Positions 49,636 to 59,685 of a stretch of 59,762 nt of DNA are shown in pieces. The notes beneath the pieces were generated by a model. The model made no database searches. It was not told the origin of the DNA and worked only from the letters and a program-made list of their open reading frames with translations. The number at the start of each line of letters is the position of its first letter. Position 1 is the stretch's first letter. The DNA is from Oligoflexales bacterium (GTDB lineage Bacteria > Bdellovibrionota_B > Oligoflexia > Oligoflexales > Bog-1112). The stretch spans positions 1 through 59,762 of the forward strand of contig JABSRF010000002.1 of NCBI GenBank assembly GCA_013215275.1. Reading direction: 5' to 3'. The translations under genes and the position numbers were made by a program.

Positions 49636-51720
49636 ATGAAAGAGGCAGAGTCAACAGAACGCTTGGGCTTACTTCGCAATATCGGAATTATGGCTCATAT
49701 CGATGCCGGTAAGACGACAACTACAGAACGCATTTTATTTTATACAGGCAAAATCCATAAAATTGGTGAGGTCCACGAGGGTACCGCGACTATGGACTGG
49801 ATGGTCCAGGAGCAGGAAAGAGGGATCACGATTACCTCAGCTGCTACCACTTGTTATTGGAACAAGCATGTCATTAATATTATAGACACCCCAGGGCATG
49901 TTGATTTCACCATTGAGGTGGAGCGATCTCTAAGGGTTTTAGATGGTGCAGTTGCCGTATTCGATGGGGTTCACGGAGTAGAGCCTCAATCAGAAACTGT
50001 ATGGAGGCAGGCAGATAAGTATAAAGTGCCTCGCATTGCCTTTATTAATAAATTAGACAGGGTGGGAGCCAGCTACGAGGAGTCTATCCAATCCATAAGA
50101 GAGCGGCTAAATGCTAATCCCATTGGGGTTCAGCTTCCAATAGGTAGTGAGTCGGAGTTTGTCGGGGTTGTTAATCTTATTACCATGAAGGCTTTAATTT
50201 GGGATGAGGATAAAGCGCAAGGGGCTAACTTTCGTGAATGTCCGATTCCCGATGAAATGGTAGAGAGCGCTCAGGCTGCTAGGGAAAGCATGATCGAAGA
50301 TGTGGTCGAGTTCGATGACGCTATCATGGAGCGCTTTTTGGATGGTGAGGAAATATCAATCGAAGAGATTCACACCTGTATCCGAAAGGGAACTTTAGAG
50401 TTCAAAATGGTTCCTATGCTTTGCGGGAGTGCGTTTAAAAATAAAGGGATCCAACCTTTACTGGATGCGGTTGTTTCTTACCTTCCTTCTCCACTGGAGC
50501 TAGACGATGTTGCAGGGATGAGTGTTGACGGAAAAGAAACGAAGCTCGTGAGAAAGCGTATCAAATCAGAACCCTTTTCGGCTTTGGCGTTTAAGATAGC
50601 AACCGATCCCTTTGTTGGGCATTTGTGTTACGTCAGGGTTTACTCTGGTGAGCTGAAGGTTGGCTCAGTTGTCTATAATGCAAGGCTAGGAAAAAGAGAG
50701 AGGATTCAGAAGATTCTCCATATGGAGGCTAATTCTCGTAAAGAAGTAGACTTAGCATCAGCAGGAGATATTGTGGCAGTGGTAGGCTTAAAGGCTGTGA
50801 GTACTGGGGATACACTCTGTGATCAGAAGGTCCCCATCAGCTTTGAGTCGTTAAGTTTCCCAGAGCCAGTGATCAACATTGCAGTAGAGGCAAAGAGTAC
50901 TTCGGATGCGAATAAACTAACTAAGGCCCTTGAGCGTCTGTGTGCAGAAGATCCTTCGTTTCAGGTGAAAGAGGATAAAGATACTGGCCAAACTCTATTA
51001 GGAGGGATGGGAGAGCTTCACCTGGAGGTGATGGTTGACCGTCTGCTGAGAGAGTTCAATATAGCTGCGAATGTTGGTTCACCACAAGTTGCTTACCGTG
51101 AGAGTATTTCTATTCCTGTTAAAGTTGAAGAGACATTTGAACGAGAGCTTTCTGGGCAGGTAAAAAAGGCCGGAGTTACGATTAGTTTGGAGCCAAGTGA
51201 GGAGCAGGATGAGTTTGTATTTGAGAATAAGTGCTCCAAAGCTCAGTTGCCCGCAAATTTTGTGGAGAGTGTTAAGGAAGGAGTTTTTTCAGCTCTTATG
51301 TCGGGCTCCATTGCTGGGTATCCAGTCGTTGGGGTTAAGGTGATTCTGGAAGCTGCAGCTTGGGAAGAAGAGTATGCTGATGAGGTGGCTTTTCAGATAG
51401 TGGGGGCAAATGCGGCAAGAAAATGCTTGCTAAAAGGTAATCCGTTGCTGCTTGAGCCTAGTATGACTGTCGAAGTTTCTGTTCCAGAAGACTATATGTC
51501 TAATGTGATCACAGACCTTAATAGTCGGAGGGCTAAGGTTAGTAATATCGGGCAAAGGGGTCACCTCCAGGTTGTTGATGCTGTGGCTCCCTTGTCAGAA
51601 ATGTTTGGTTACTCAACTCATTTACGTTCTTTATCTCAAGGTAGGGCGACCTATACGATGAAGTTTTTCAGGTATGAGCAAGTTTCCGCGGAGACTTTGG
51701 CTCGTTTTAAGGGAGTTTAG
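49636..51720 (+). CDS. fusA: Elongation factor G
   Basis: [37 protein letters not shown] 49636 is preferred over TTG 49624. Confidence 0.98.
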   Translation: MKEAESTERLGLLRNIGIMAHIDAGKTTTTERILFYTGKIHKIGEVHEGTATMDWMVQEQERGITITSAATTCYWNKHVINIIDTPGHVDFTIEVERSLRVLDGAVAVFDGVHGVEPQSETVWRQADKYKVPRIAFINKLDRVGASYEESIQSIRERLNANPIGVQLPIGSESEFVGVVNLITMKALIWDEDKAQGANFRECPIPDEMVESAQAARESMIEDVVEFDDAIMERFLDGEEISIEEIHTCIRKGTLEFKMVPMLCGSAFKNKGIQPLLDAVVSYLPSPLELDDVAGMSVDGKETKLVRKRIKSEPFSALAFKIATDPFVGHLCYVRVYSGELKVGSVVYNARLGKRERIQKILHMEANSRKEVDLASAGDIVAVVGLKAVSTGDTLCDQKVPISFESLSFPEPVINIAVEAKSTSDANKLTKALERLCAEDPSFQVKEDKDTGQTLLGGMGELHLEVMVDRLLREFNIAANVGSPQVAYRESISIPVKVEETFERELSGQVKKAGVTISLEPSEEQDEFVFENKCSKAQLPANFVESVKEGVFSALMSGSIAGYPVVGVKVILEAAAWEEEYADEVAFQIVGANAARKCLLKGNPLLLEPSMTVEVSVPEDYMSNVITDLNSRRAKVSNIGQRGHLQVVDAVAPLSEMFGYSTHLRSLSQGRATYTMKFFRYEQVSAETLARFKGV

Positions 51721-51750
51721 CTGTACTAAGCCTTGAGCTCCCCTGACCGC

Positions 51751-51894
51751 TTTCGCTTCGCTTCAGCGTGGGGATGACAATGCTTGGTTTCGCTTCGCTT
51801 CAGCGTGGGGATGACTGTGCTTGGTTTCGCTTCGCTTCAACGTGATGGTGGCAATGCTTGGTTTCGCTTCGCTTCAGCGAAGGGGTGAGGGTAG
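51751..51894. repeat. Tandem repeat, 4 copies of a 37-bp unit (tttcgcttcgcttcagcgtggggatgacaatgcttgg)
   Basis: Copies start at 51751, 51788, 51825 and 51862. Copies 1 and 2 differ at 2 positions. Copies 3 and 4 are more diverged in the second half. No unique spacers between copies. The array is noncoding, between convergent fusA and tRNA-Val. Confidence 0.92.
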
Positions 51895-52027
51895 TTGTTT
51901 TTTGTTTCTCAGCAAGGTTATTAGTGGCTAACCTGCTTCGAGCGCAATTTTGATAACTAGAACCACGTGTCACATACTGCAGTGTGGTAAATCTATATAA
52001 TCTTGTAGGGGAATTTTTATCAGGAAG

Positions 52028-52104
52028 TGGTAGGGATGTCCAGATTCGAACTGGAGACCTCTACGATGTCAACGTAGCGCTCTAACCAACTGAGCTACAC
52101 CCCT
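52028..52104 (-). tRNA. tRNA-Val (anticodon GAC), CCA encoded
   Basis: The reverse complement folds as acceptor AGGGGTG/CATCCCT, anticodon stem CTACG/CGTAG with loop TTGACAT, and T-arm TCCAG-TTCGAAT-CTGGA. Confidence 0.93.
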
Positions 52105-52185
52105 GAACTATTCGAGTGACTGAATCTAGCTGGACACAGTGAAGCTGTCAAGAGAGAAATAGTCCGAATGCTGGAAGTGGGTCTG

Positions 52186-53478
52186 TTACGCATCTGCAAA
52201 TAGCGTATCTAGATAGTCTTTAGGGCTAAACTCCCGTAAATCAGCGGCTTTTTCGCCAACTCCGATATAGCGGATTGGGTGTTTAAACTGGTCCGATATC
52301 CCAATAATAACACCGCCCTTAGCAGTGCCGTCAAGCTTGGTAACGATGATGCCAGTTAGCTTGGCAACATCATCAAATGCTTTAACCTGCTGAAAGGCAT
52401 TTTGTCCAGTCGTTGCATCGATAACAAGCCAAGTTTCGTGAGGTGCTTCGGGCAAGTCTTTGCCGATAACCCGTTTGATTTTGTTAAGCTCTTGCATCAG
52501 GTCGTTTTTACTGTGTAGCCGCCCTGCAGTATCAATGATAAGTACATCTGATTTCCTAGCAATAGCGGCCTTAACCCCATCATAAGCTACAGCTGCTGGA
52601 TCACTACCTTGCTGATGGGCAATTACTTTGGTGCCTAATCGCTCTCCCCAGACCTTTAACTGATCAATGGCTGCAGCTCTGAAAGTGTCAGCTGCACAAA
52701 GTAGTACGGTTTTATCCTGGGACATGAAGTGTGCTGCTAATTTACCGATGCTTGTGGTCTTCCCAACCCCATTAACCCCTACCACTAGGATGACTTGAGG
52801 CCCAGAGCTTGGATTGTTTAGAGGTTGGTTGGTCGTGCTCATGATGTTGTGGGCTGCTTGATGAAGCTCAGACTTTACTTCTTCCCAACTACTGTTTTTT
52901 CCTTTTAATGAGTTATTTACGTGCTCGACAAGTTTGTCTGCAGTAGCAACTCCAATGTCAGATCGAAATAGGGTTTCGTGAAGGCTCTCTAGAGTTGCGT
53001 CATCAATTTTCTTTCCTTGAAAAAGGCTCGACATTCCACTTTGAAGAGAGTTTCTTGTTTTACTGAGGCCTTGGTGGAGCTTGCTTAACCAGGAAGCATT
53101 ATCGGTAGCCTTGATTTCTGTAATTGCAGCTGCTTCAGTCAGTGATACCGCAGCAGAGTCTTCGGTTTTTGCCTGCGACCGGTCAAGGCTGGGTTTGGCC
53201 TTTTCAGACTCTGGCTCTGTTTTTTGAACCAGCAAATTGTTTAGCAGTACCAATCCTGTGAATATTAATAAGCCTGCCAGAATTCCATAAAAATAAGGAT
53301 CATCAATGGCGGTTATTAATTGGTCGTACCAAACTGATGCTTGCTGATTTTCCATAATCGGTTGATATCCTATGGTGTTTAGTTTTTCCTTGTGAGTGCT
53401 TGGCTTACTTATAGGGCACCCAGGGAAATTGATGATAGCTATCGGTGTCATCAGCTCTAGCTTAAAATCATAATACAA
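52186..53478 (-). CDS. ftsY: Signal recognition particle receptor FtsY with an N-terminal membrane anchor
   Basis: VVGVNGVGKTTSIGKLA, DTAGRL, TKLDGTAKGG. A transmembrane segment (YFYGILAGLLIFTGLVLL). The true start may be the internal ATG at 53355 (MENQQASVWY...). Confidence 0.93.
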   Translation of the reverse strand: MYYDFKLELMTPIAIINFPGCPISKPSTHKEKLNTIGYQPIMENQQASVWYDQLITAIDDPYFYGILAGLLIFTGLVLLNNLLVQKTEPESEKAKPSLDRSQAKTEDSAAVSLTEAAAITEIKATDNASWLSKLHQGLSKTRNSLQSGMSSLFQGKKIDDATLESLHETLFRSDIGVATADKLVEHVNNSLKGKNSSWEEVKSELHQAAHNIMSTTNQPLNNPSSGPQVILVVGVNGVGKTTSIGKLAAHFMSQDKTVLLCAADTFRAAAIDQLKVWGERLGTKVIAHQQGSDPAAVAYDGVKAAIARKSDVLIIDTAGRLHSKNDLMQELNKIKRVIGKDLPEAPHETWLVIDATTGQNAFQQVKAFDDVAKLTGIIVTKLDGTAKGGVIIGISDQFKHPIRYIGVGEKAADLREFSPKDYLDTLFADA

Positions 53479-53634
53479 GACGGAAGACCTTAGCTTCGTA
53501 TATTCACTAAAGATCGTTTGCCTTGATAAGCTAGTTGGAAGACTCTTGCCTAGTGAGTGTTCTACCTCTCAGGTGGCTCACATGCTGTAAGTATATGTTA
53601 TAGATTTTGCTTGTAAAGGAGCAACGGCTGTTAG

Positions 53635-54360
53635 ATGGAACGTTTTATCTTTTCTATGTCTAAGCGCTTTAGTATCTTTTGTTTATTCGCCAGCATAAGT
53701 GTTTTACTTCCGCTGTCAAACCCCGGCTTTGGCCAAGAGCTCGGTGAGGGTTTTGGCTCGCAATTTCATCCGTGGGAGCGCTATGTACAGGATTTCCGCA
53801 AAGATCATAACTTTGCGTTTTTTGTCGGAAGAGCGGAGGGCATTTGGAAAGTTAGGGACTTTGGAGGCATTTCAGGAGAAACGTACACAATGACTGGTTT
53901 AGTCCTAAAAATACAGTACAGCTATCATATTCCCATATGGCAGAGACTGGGCTATTTTCTTGGGTCTACTGTAGGTTATTACTTCGAATCGACTAAATCA
54001 GCAGCTTTTAAACCAACCCACTCCCTGCATTTGCCAGGATTATTGGCTGGTATTGTTTATGACTTTTCTCCATCTATGCGGGTACTTTTTGGGCTCGACA
54101 CCTACTTAGAACGTCTGGAGGGAATGAGAGAGCGAAGTTTGGTGGTAGACCGGCAGCTTGATGCTACGATGTTAACCCTTGTCGATGTCGGGCTTATGTT
54201 TGATTACTTTTTTGGCTTGAATGTTGCCTCTCGACTCGAGATGCATGAACGTAAAGTCATCTATAACCCAATGGATAAATCTGAAGGGAAAGTTGAATCT
54301 GCAAAGTTTGAAAAGGAAGACTGGTGGGTGGGCTTAGGGCTAGTTTATCATATTTTATAA
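53635..54360 (+). CDS. Hypothetical exported protein, possibly a small outer-membrane beta-barrel
   Basis: Signal peptide FSIFCLFASISVLLPLSNPGFGQ. Alternating aromatic/hydrophobic pattern. C-terminal ...WWVGLGLVYHIL is aromatic-rich, as in the terminal strand of outer-membrane proteins. Confidence 0.65.
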   Translation: MERFIFSMSKRFSIFCLFASISVLLPLSNPGFGQELGEGFGSQFHPWERYVQDFRKDHNFAFFVGRAEGIWKVRDFGGISGETYTMTGLVLKIQYSYHIPIWQRLGYFLGSTVGYYFESTKSAAFKPTHSLHLPGLLAGIVYDFSPSMRVLFGLDTYLERLEGMRERSLVVDRQLDATMLTLVDVGLMFDYFFGLNVASRLEMHERKVIYNPMDKSEGKVESAKFEKEDWWVGLGLVYHIL

Positions 54361-54376
54361 GTAATAAGGGTGCTCT

Positions 54377-54940
54377 ATGTCTATCTTTCGTTTGAGTGTT
54401 TTGATCTTGATGATGCTTTGCTCGGAACACCTGCTTGCTCGTAAGCCGATTGAAGCGAATATGCAGCTGGTGGAAAGCAATAAGGCTACAGTACCAAGCT
54501 GGATAAGCCTGAACTTGGAAAAAATTTATTGGTTGGAGGAAAGGCTTGAGTTCGTCTTTGCTAGGAATGGCCTAAGTAATCTGTCCTTGGGAATCAAACA
54601 GACTCAGCTCAACACCTTTCACAGTTTTGCAAGAACCTTAAGTTTGAATCTGTTTTACAAGCTATTGGATCAAAGGAATACCTTGTCAAATGCAGAAAAA
54701 AAGGTATTAAAGAAGCTTCTTGTGAGCCAGGTCGACAAAATAAGCTACCCAAATTTTAAGATTGCCGATATTTATTACCGGAAATGGAAGTCGCAAGAAC
54801 CTGGGAAGGCGGATTCAATAGATGTATATTGCTTGGCATATTTAAGCTTTGAAGCATGGCAGGAGCTTAAAAAATCCCTCGCTGCAGAGCTTGACAGGCA
54901 CTCCAATGAGAGAATTAGGCAGCTCGAAAGCAGCCTTTAA
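54377..54940 (+). CDS. Hypothetical exported protein
   Basis: Signal peptide MSIFRLSVLILMMLCSEHLLA. It starts 16 nt after the previous gene. Confidence 0.6.
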   Translation: MSIFRLSVLILMMLCSEHLLARKPIEANMQLVESNKATVPSWISLNLEKIYWLEERLEFVFARNGLSNLSLGIKQTQLNTFHSFARTLSLNLFYKLLDQRNTLSNAEKKVLKKLLVSQVDKISYPNFKIADIYYRKWKSQEPGKADSIDVYCLAYLSFEAWQELKKSLAAELDRHSNERIRQLESSL

Positions 54941-55053
54941 GGGTGACGTTGAATTTCTCAAAGCCCTGTAAGGTGGAAATTAATGACCTACTTTTAAAGC
55001 CTTATGAATTTAGAGGATTTGAATTAGGTTGCATGATTTAGATAAGGTTTCAT

Positions 55054-56844
55054 GTGCAGTTTGGTGAAGACTCACTTCATGAGTATTTAAAAACAAGATT
55101 CTTTGTCCCTGCTTGGTGGGTCAATGCTTTTGATTCGATGTTTCAAGCTGAATATGCAACTCGGTCCTGGCAACAAATTCCTATGCTGGGAGTTGGTCCA
55201 GCCTATGACCTCCAGGAGCTTTACTTATTCCCCCTCGTCATTTCACATATTCAAAGGGGCATTCTGGACCCGAAGTCGACTGAAAAGGTTAAGTTGGACC
55301 TTGCTAAAATAGAGAAAGAAGCGGGAATCCACCTCTCAAGTCGAAAAAAGTATTTGAAACAGCTTTTAGCATCCTTAGGTAGTATCAAATTATACCATAA
55401 ATGTTCCTTCGGTTTTGATGTACAAAGCCTTTTTTGTTCTGAATCGTGGTTGAGCAACGGTGAGGGGATGGACTTAGCTCTCGGTTTAAACTCAGCTGCT
55501 GGGGAATTGTTTACAGGTTTTATCAGTGCTTATAAAGAGGCGAAAAGGAGTCTTGAGAGGCGATTTAGGTTACGGCACATTGTGGGTGATAAGCCTCCTT
55601 TAGTCGTGTGGCGCTCTCTTTGGCATGAAGCACAGGGATCTGAGCAGCTCGTGTTGCTTCGGATGGAGCAAGCTGTCCAATGGTTGTTTAAATGCTTGAA
55701 TCTAGATGGAGTTTTTGGTGAATCATTTCAAAATCTATTCCATGGGATTAGGGACCAAGCCAATCAAGGACAACCTTATTCTCTGACAAAAATGGTCTCG
55801 ATCACGCATCGTTTAAGCAAAAAACTTGCAGAGCATGGGTCCCTTTCCAAGCCTATAGAAGGTGACTACTTAGCCTTTGATGAGCGAGAGCCTCTTCTTC
55901 AGCTGTTGTGGAAAGTGAGTTCGAGCCACTTTCAGGCAGATGACTTTAGGGCTTTCGGGAAGGCTTGTTTCGACAAGTTCGAAAGGGATGAAAGTTTTTT
56001 ATCAGACATCCACGGAACTCTTTTAGGCCTAGCAGGGGGTCGTGAGCTTAAAGCAGACATTAAAAAACATTACGAGAAAATACTAGGAAGCCAAAACCTA
56101 CTGCATCAGTCGACCAAAGAAGACAGGCGGGGGCACCTATTGATCGATCAAAATGTGATCTTGCCTTTAGTAGGGCTTTATTGGGAATGGGTCGTTAGGA
56201 AAGATGAAAAGCACCCTTTACAGCTGCCTGACGAACTTAGGCATACAGAGTTGCTAGGAGATCTCCCCGACCTTAGTGTGGATCAGGCAAAGCATACTGA
56301 GCATTTTTGGCGTTTTTGCTCACAAATTTCAGAAAAAGATCTATATAAAGAAGTTATAAACAAGACCCCCGGAGGAAGTCTGACTAGCCTTGAGAGTGCA
56401 GCAATGCTCGACAAGATAGCTCTGAGAGAGTTAACACCACTCAAGGTGCAACCCATAAAAACGGGTGATATGGTCAAGAGTGAGATAAAAAGCGAGAAAA
56501 AGGTTAAATTGAGCAGTAGTCCAAAAGTGACGGAGTCTGGTGCTCAAACCTCTAAAACCAGCTCAATCCCTACAAAAAAGTATGAAAAGAGAGCAGGTGT
56601 TGATCTAGCATCGGCTAAGGAAGATGTGGTCGAAGTGCTGAACCGGATGAAAAAAAACTCCAGGGAAAACTATCTAAAGCTAACAAAGCTATACCTAGAA
56701 TCCCTTGATCAAGGTGCGCGGCAGCTAATTTTGGAGATTAAAAATAGGATGCAGCCCCAAGTTTTTGAACAACACATCCAACATAGATTAGTGCGGTTTA
56801 TGATTGAACGCCCGTTTGTCTGGCAAAATTTAAGTAATTCTTGA
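55054..56844 (+). CDS. Hypothetical protein (596 aa), no recognisable domain
   Basis: Long ORF with a GTG start. K/S-rich linker near aa 470-510 and a helical C-terminus. Confidence 0.65.
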   Translation: MQFGEDSLHEYLKTRFFVPAWWVNAFDSMFQAEYATRSWQQIPMLGVGPAYDLQELYLFPLVISHIQRGILDPKSTEKVKLDLAKIEKEAGIHLSSRKKYLKQLLASLGSIKLYHKCSFGFDVQSLFCSESWLSNGEGMDLALGLNSAAGELFTGFISAYKEAKRSLERRFRLRHIVGDKPPLVVWRSLWHEAQGSEQLVLLRMEQAVQWLFKCLNLDGVFGESFQNLFHGIRDQANQGQPYSLTKMVSITHRLSKKLAEHGSLSKPIEGDYLAFDEREPLLQLLWKVSSSHFQADDFRAFGKACFDKFERDESFLSDIHGTLLGLAGGRELKADIKKHYEKILGSQNLLHQSTKEDRRGHLLIDQNVILPLVGLYWEWVVRKDEKHPLQLPDELRHTELLGDLPDLSVDQAKHTEHFWRFCSQISEKDLYKEVINKTPGGSLTSLESAAMLDKIALRELTPLKVQPIKTGDMVKSEIKSEKKVKLSSSPKVTESGAQTSKTSSIPTKKYEKRAGVDLASAKEDVVEVLNRMKKNSRENYLKLTKLYLESLDQGARQLILEIKNRMQPQVFEQHIQHRLVRFMIERPFVWQNLSNS

Positions 56845-57029
56845 TACTCTCTGAGGGGAAACCGTGCAAAATATGTTATCGCCAGTACTCATTAGAGCTA
56901 TGATCATACTAAGAACTAAATTACCAATTAGCATTTTTTTTAGTTATGATATCAGAAGCTTTTGATTTATCAAAAAAAGCTTTTGGGTGCAAAAAGCTGT
57001 ATCCATAAAGTTATTCGAGATTTTGATCC

Positions 57030-57059
57030 TTGACGTAGAAAAAAAATGTCTTGTAGTAT
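57030..57059 (+). promoter_or_regulatory. Putative sigma-70 promoter of the HU-like gene
   Basis: TTGACG, an 18-nt spacer, then TAGTAT. This leaves a 5' UTR of about 100 nt that contains a direct repeat gagctaat(c/t)tt(t)actt x2. Confidence 0.4.
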
Positions 57060-57166
57060 TGAAACGTTTAAAGCTTTATTTATAGGCTTGATTTTTTATT
57101 GAGCTAATCTTACTTTTAAGGTAGAGCTAATTTTTACTTATTGAACAACTAGCAGGAGTATTGTTA

Positions 57167-57691
57167 ATGGCTAAGAAGAAAAAGAAAGCAACAAAATCTA
57201 AGGCAAAGGCTATCACTACTAGAGGCAAGACTAAAACTAAGGCCAAAGCTAAAGCCAAAAAAGTAACTAAAAAAGCTACTACCAAAAAGACGACTACCAA
57301 AAAAACTGTAAGCAAAAAAGCAACAAAGGCTACAGCTAAAGTTCAAACAACTCAGCCGATATCAAAAGTTGCTCAAAAAGTCAAAAAAGCAAGAACCAAA
57401 AGCGATATTTTTGGAATTTTAGCTGAAACTTGTGGATTGTCTAAAAAAGAAATCGTCCAGGTGTTTGATAACCTTAACGAGCTTATCAACATTGACTTGG
57501 GTAAAAAAGGCCCTGGAGTCTTCAATTTTCCTGGTCTCATGAAAATTGTTCGAGTTACTAAGCCAGCAACCAAAGCTCGTAAAGGTATCAACCCTTTCAC
57601 TAAGGAGCCAATGGTATTCAAGGCTAAGCCAGCTCGCAACGTTGTTAAGGTTAGAGCTCTTAAAAGCCTTAAGGAAATGGTACAAAAGTAA
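57167..57691 (+). CDS. HU/IHF-fold DNA-binding protein with an N-terminal lysine-rich (histone H1-like) tail of about 75 aa
   Basis: The C-terminal 95 aa (LSKKEIVQVFDNLNELI...FPGLMKIVRVTKPATKARKGINPFTKEPMVFKAKPARNVVKVRALKSLKE) follows the HU pattern including the R-x-G-x-N-P arm. The N-terminus is MAKKKKKATKSKAKAITTRGKTKTKAKAKAKK.... aggag SD before ATG 57167. Confidence 0.88.
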   Translation: MAKKKKKATKSKAKAITTRGKTKTKAKAKAKKVTKKATTKKTTTKKTVSKKATKATAKVQTTQPISKVAQKVKKARTKSDIFGILAETCGLSKKEIVQVFDNLNELINIDLGKKGPGVFNFPGLMKIVRVTKPATKARKGINPFTKEPMVFKAKPARNVVKVRALKSLKEMVQK

Positions 57692-57763
57692 TCCTGAATG
57701 CCTCCTGGCAATTTGGGAGTCTTCTCTGCACTTTCTCTCCTGCCTCTATTTAATGTTTCAGTT

Positions 57764-58603
57764 CTACAGTTCCTTAGGGTCTAGTGCATCTCTCAACGCA
57801 TCCCCTATATAATTGAAAGATAGGACAAGCAACATAATCAGTAGCCCTGGAATCACACTTAAGTGCGGAGCTTCGGTCAATACCGTTCTCCCCTGGTTTA
57901 GCAGGCTCCCCCAGCTTGGGCTTTGTCCAAGGACTCCCAAGCCCAAAAAACTTAGGCTAGCTTCTATTAAGATGACACTGGACAAGGAAAAGCTTGCAGC
58001 AATCACAATGGGCGGGATTATATTAGGTAGGATGTGTTTAGCGATTGTTCTAATAGAAGTAGCACCCAAAGCAATGTTGGCAGTGATGTACTCCCTCTCC
58101 CTTAACGAAAGCACCTGAGCTCTGACAATTCTTGCAAATCCAGTCCAACCTGTCAGTGAAATGGAAATTATCATAGTCAGAATGCTTGGGGTAAGAATTG
58201 AAGCTATAGTCATGGTCAAGAGAATGCCGGGAAAAGCCATAACAATATCTATAATCATAGATAGGCACTTATCGAAAAACCCCCTGAAATAAGCTGCAAG
58301 AAGGCCTATGATGGTTCCTAGGGAGCTTGTAATCATTACGGTCACAAAAGAAACAATAAGGGAAATGCGGGCTCCGATGAAGCATGCACGCAAAACATCT
58401 CGCCCGTAAAGGTCGCATCCAAACGGGTGCTCGAAGCTCGGAGGAGCCAAACGTAGAGGGAGGCTTACATCATCCTCGAAAGGAAGGATAATAGGGCCGA
58501 TCAAGGCTACAACGATTAGGCCCGTCAATAGCAGTGACCCTAGGATAAATGTGGGTGAACTAAAAAGCCTACGGTATAGAGAGGTAAACTGCTTAGACTT
58601 CAT
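57764..58603 (-). CDS. ABC transporter permease, peptide/nickel family (DppC/OppC-like)
   Basis: Six transmembrane segments. The EAA-like loop REREYITANIALGATSIRTIAKHILPN is typical of OppC/DppC. Confidence 0.88.
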   Translation of the reverse strand: MKSKQFTSLYRRLFSSPTFILGSLLLTGLIVVALIGPIILPFEDDVSLPLRLAPPSFEHPFGCDLYGRDVLRACFIGARISLIVSFVTVMITSSLGTIIGLLAAYFRGFFDKCLSMIIDIVMAFPGILLTMTIASILTPSILTMIISISLTGWTGFARIVRAQVLSLREREYITANIALGATSIRTIAKHILPNIIPPIVIAASFSLSSVILIEASLSFLGLGVLGQSPSWGSLLNQGRTVLTEAPHLSVIPGLLIMLLVLSFNYIGDALRDALDPKEL

Positions 58604-59531
58604 GGTAGGTACCTGTAACCTTAATTCGAGGGTCTATGACTGCGTACAATATGTCTGTTAGCAAATTTATGCATAGATAGGAGATTGAAAATACCAGAAC
58701 GCAGCCTTGGATGAGTGGGTAGTCTCGGTTACCCAGTGACTCTAACATCAATGTTCCTAGGCCAGGCCAGTCAAAAACCTTCTCAGTTATGACGGACCCA
58801 GTCAGTAGGGCCCCAAACTGCAGGCCCAATACTGAGGTTATGGGGAGTGATGCATTTCTTAAAGCGTGTTTCATGATAACCCATTTTTCGCTGATTCCCT
58901 TGCTTCTTGCTGTTCGAATATAGTCTTCTTTTAAGACCTCTAGCATTGAGTTTCTGGTCATGCGAGCCAGAATTGCAGCTAAAGAAGTACCGATGGTGAT
59001 ACTAGGAAGTATGAAACTAGTGAAGCCAATGTTTTCAGATACCGGAAGTAGGCCTAGCTTAAGAGAGAAGAATAGGATCAGCATCGGTCCTAACCAAAAA
59101 TTGGGCATGGCTACCGCTACGAGAGCACAGGCCATACTAATCATATCAAAAGCATGACCTTTTTTAAGTGCCGCTAAGATACCTAAAGGAAGACTAAGCA
59201 GCATAGCTATCATTACCGATACCACTGCTAGCTCTACCGTTGGAGCCACTCGTTCTCCAATGAGTTCAAGCACCGGCTCTTGATATATGAGGGAGTTCTG
59301 TAAATCGCCGCTTAAAACTCCACCTATGTACCTTGCACATTGTCGCCACCAGGGAAGGTGCAAACCAAGTGTTTCCTGCATTAGATTTTTTTCTTCAATG
59401 GTGGCAAACTCACCCAAAAGAACGTCGATTGGATCTCCGGGGATTAGGTGTGTCATTAAAGAAACAAGGATGATGACTCCTAGGCTTACCGGAATTGCTA
59501 GGCAGATGCGCTTTATAATAAACTCTGACAT
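58593..59531 (-). CDS. ABC transporter permease, peptide/nickel family (DppB/OppB-like)
   Basis: MSEFIIKRI...IPGDPIDVL N-terminus and EDYIRTARSKGISEKWVIMKHALRNA EAA loop. It overlaps the downstream permease by 11 nt. Confidence 0.9.
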   Translation of the reverse strand: MSEFIIKRICLAIPVSLGVIILVSLMTHLIPGDPIDVLLGEFATIEEKNLMQETLGLHLPWWRQCARYIGGVLSGDLQNSLIYQEPVLELIGERVAPTVELAVVSVMIAMLLSLPLGILAALKKGHAFDMISMACALVAVAMPNFWLGPMLILFFSLKLGLLPVSENIGFTSFILPSITIGTSLAAILARMTRNSMLEVLKEDYIRTARSKGISEKWVIMKHALRNASLPITSVLGLQFGALLTGSVITEKVFDWPGLGTLMLESLGNRDYPLIQGCVLVFSISYLCINLLTDILYAVIDPRIKVTGTYHEV

Positions 59532-59685
59532 GGTATTCTCTTGACAGCTCCTTGGAGATTTAATAGGGAATCACAACAGTGGCTCATGCTGCAATTCATG
59601 GTTTTTCATCTTAAAGGATAAAAAAACTTATGAAAACTTGTAAGAAGCCGATAATACTATTGCAGCTATTCTGATGCTAGCTGTG

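Noticed and set aside
51751-51894. Possible CRISPR array
   Set aside because: The repeats are directly adjacent with no unique spacers. There are only 4 diverging copies and no cas genes in the window. It is a plain tandem repeat.
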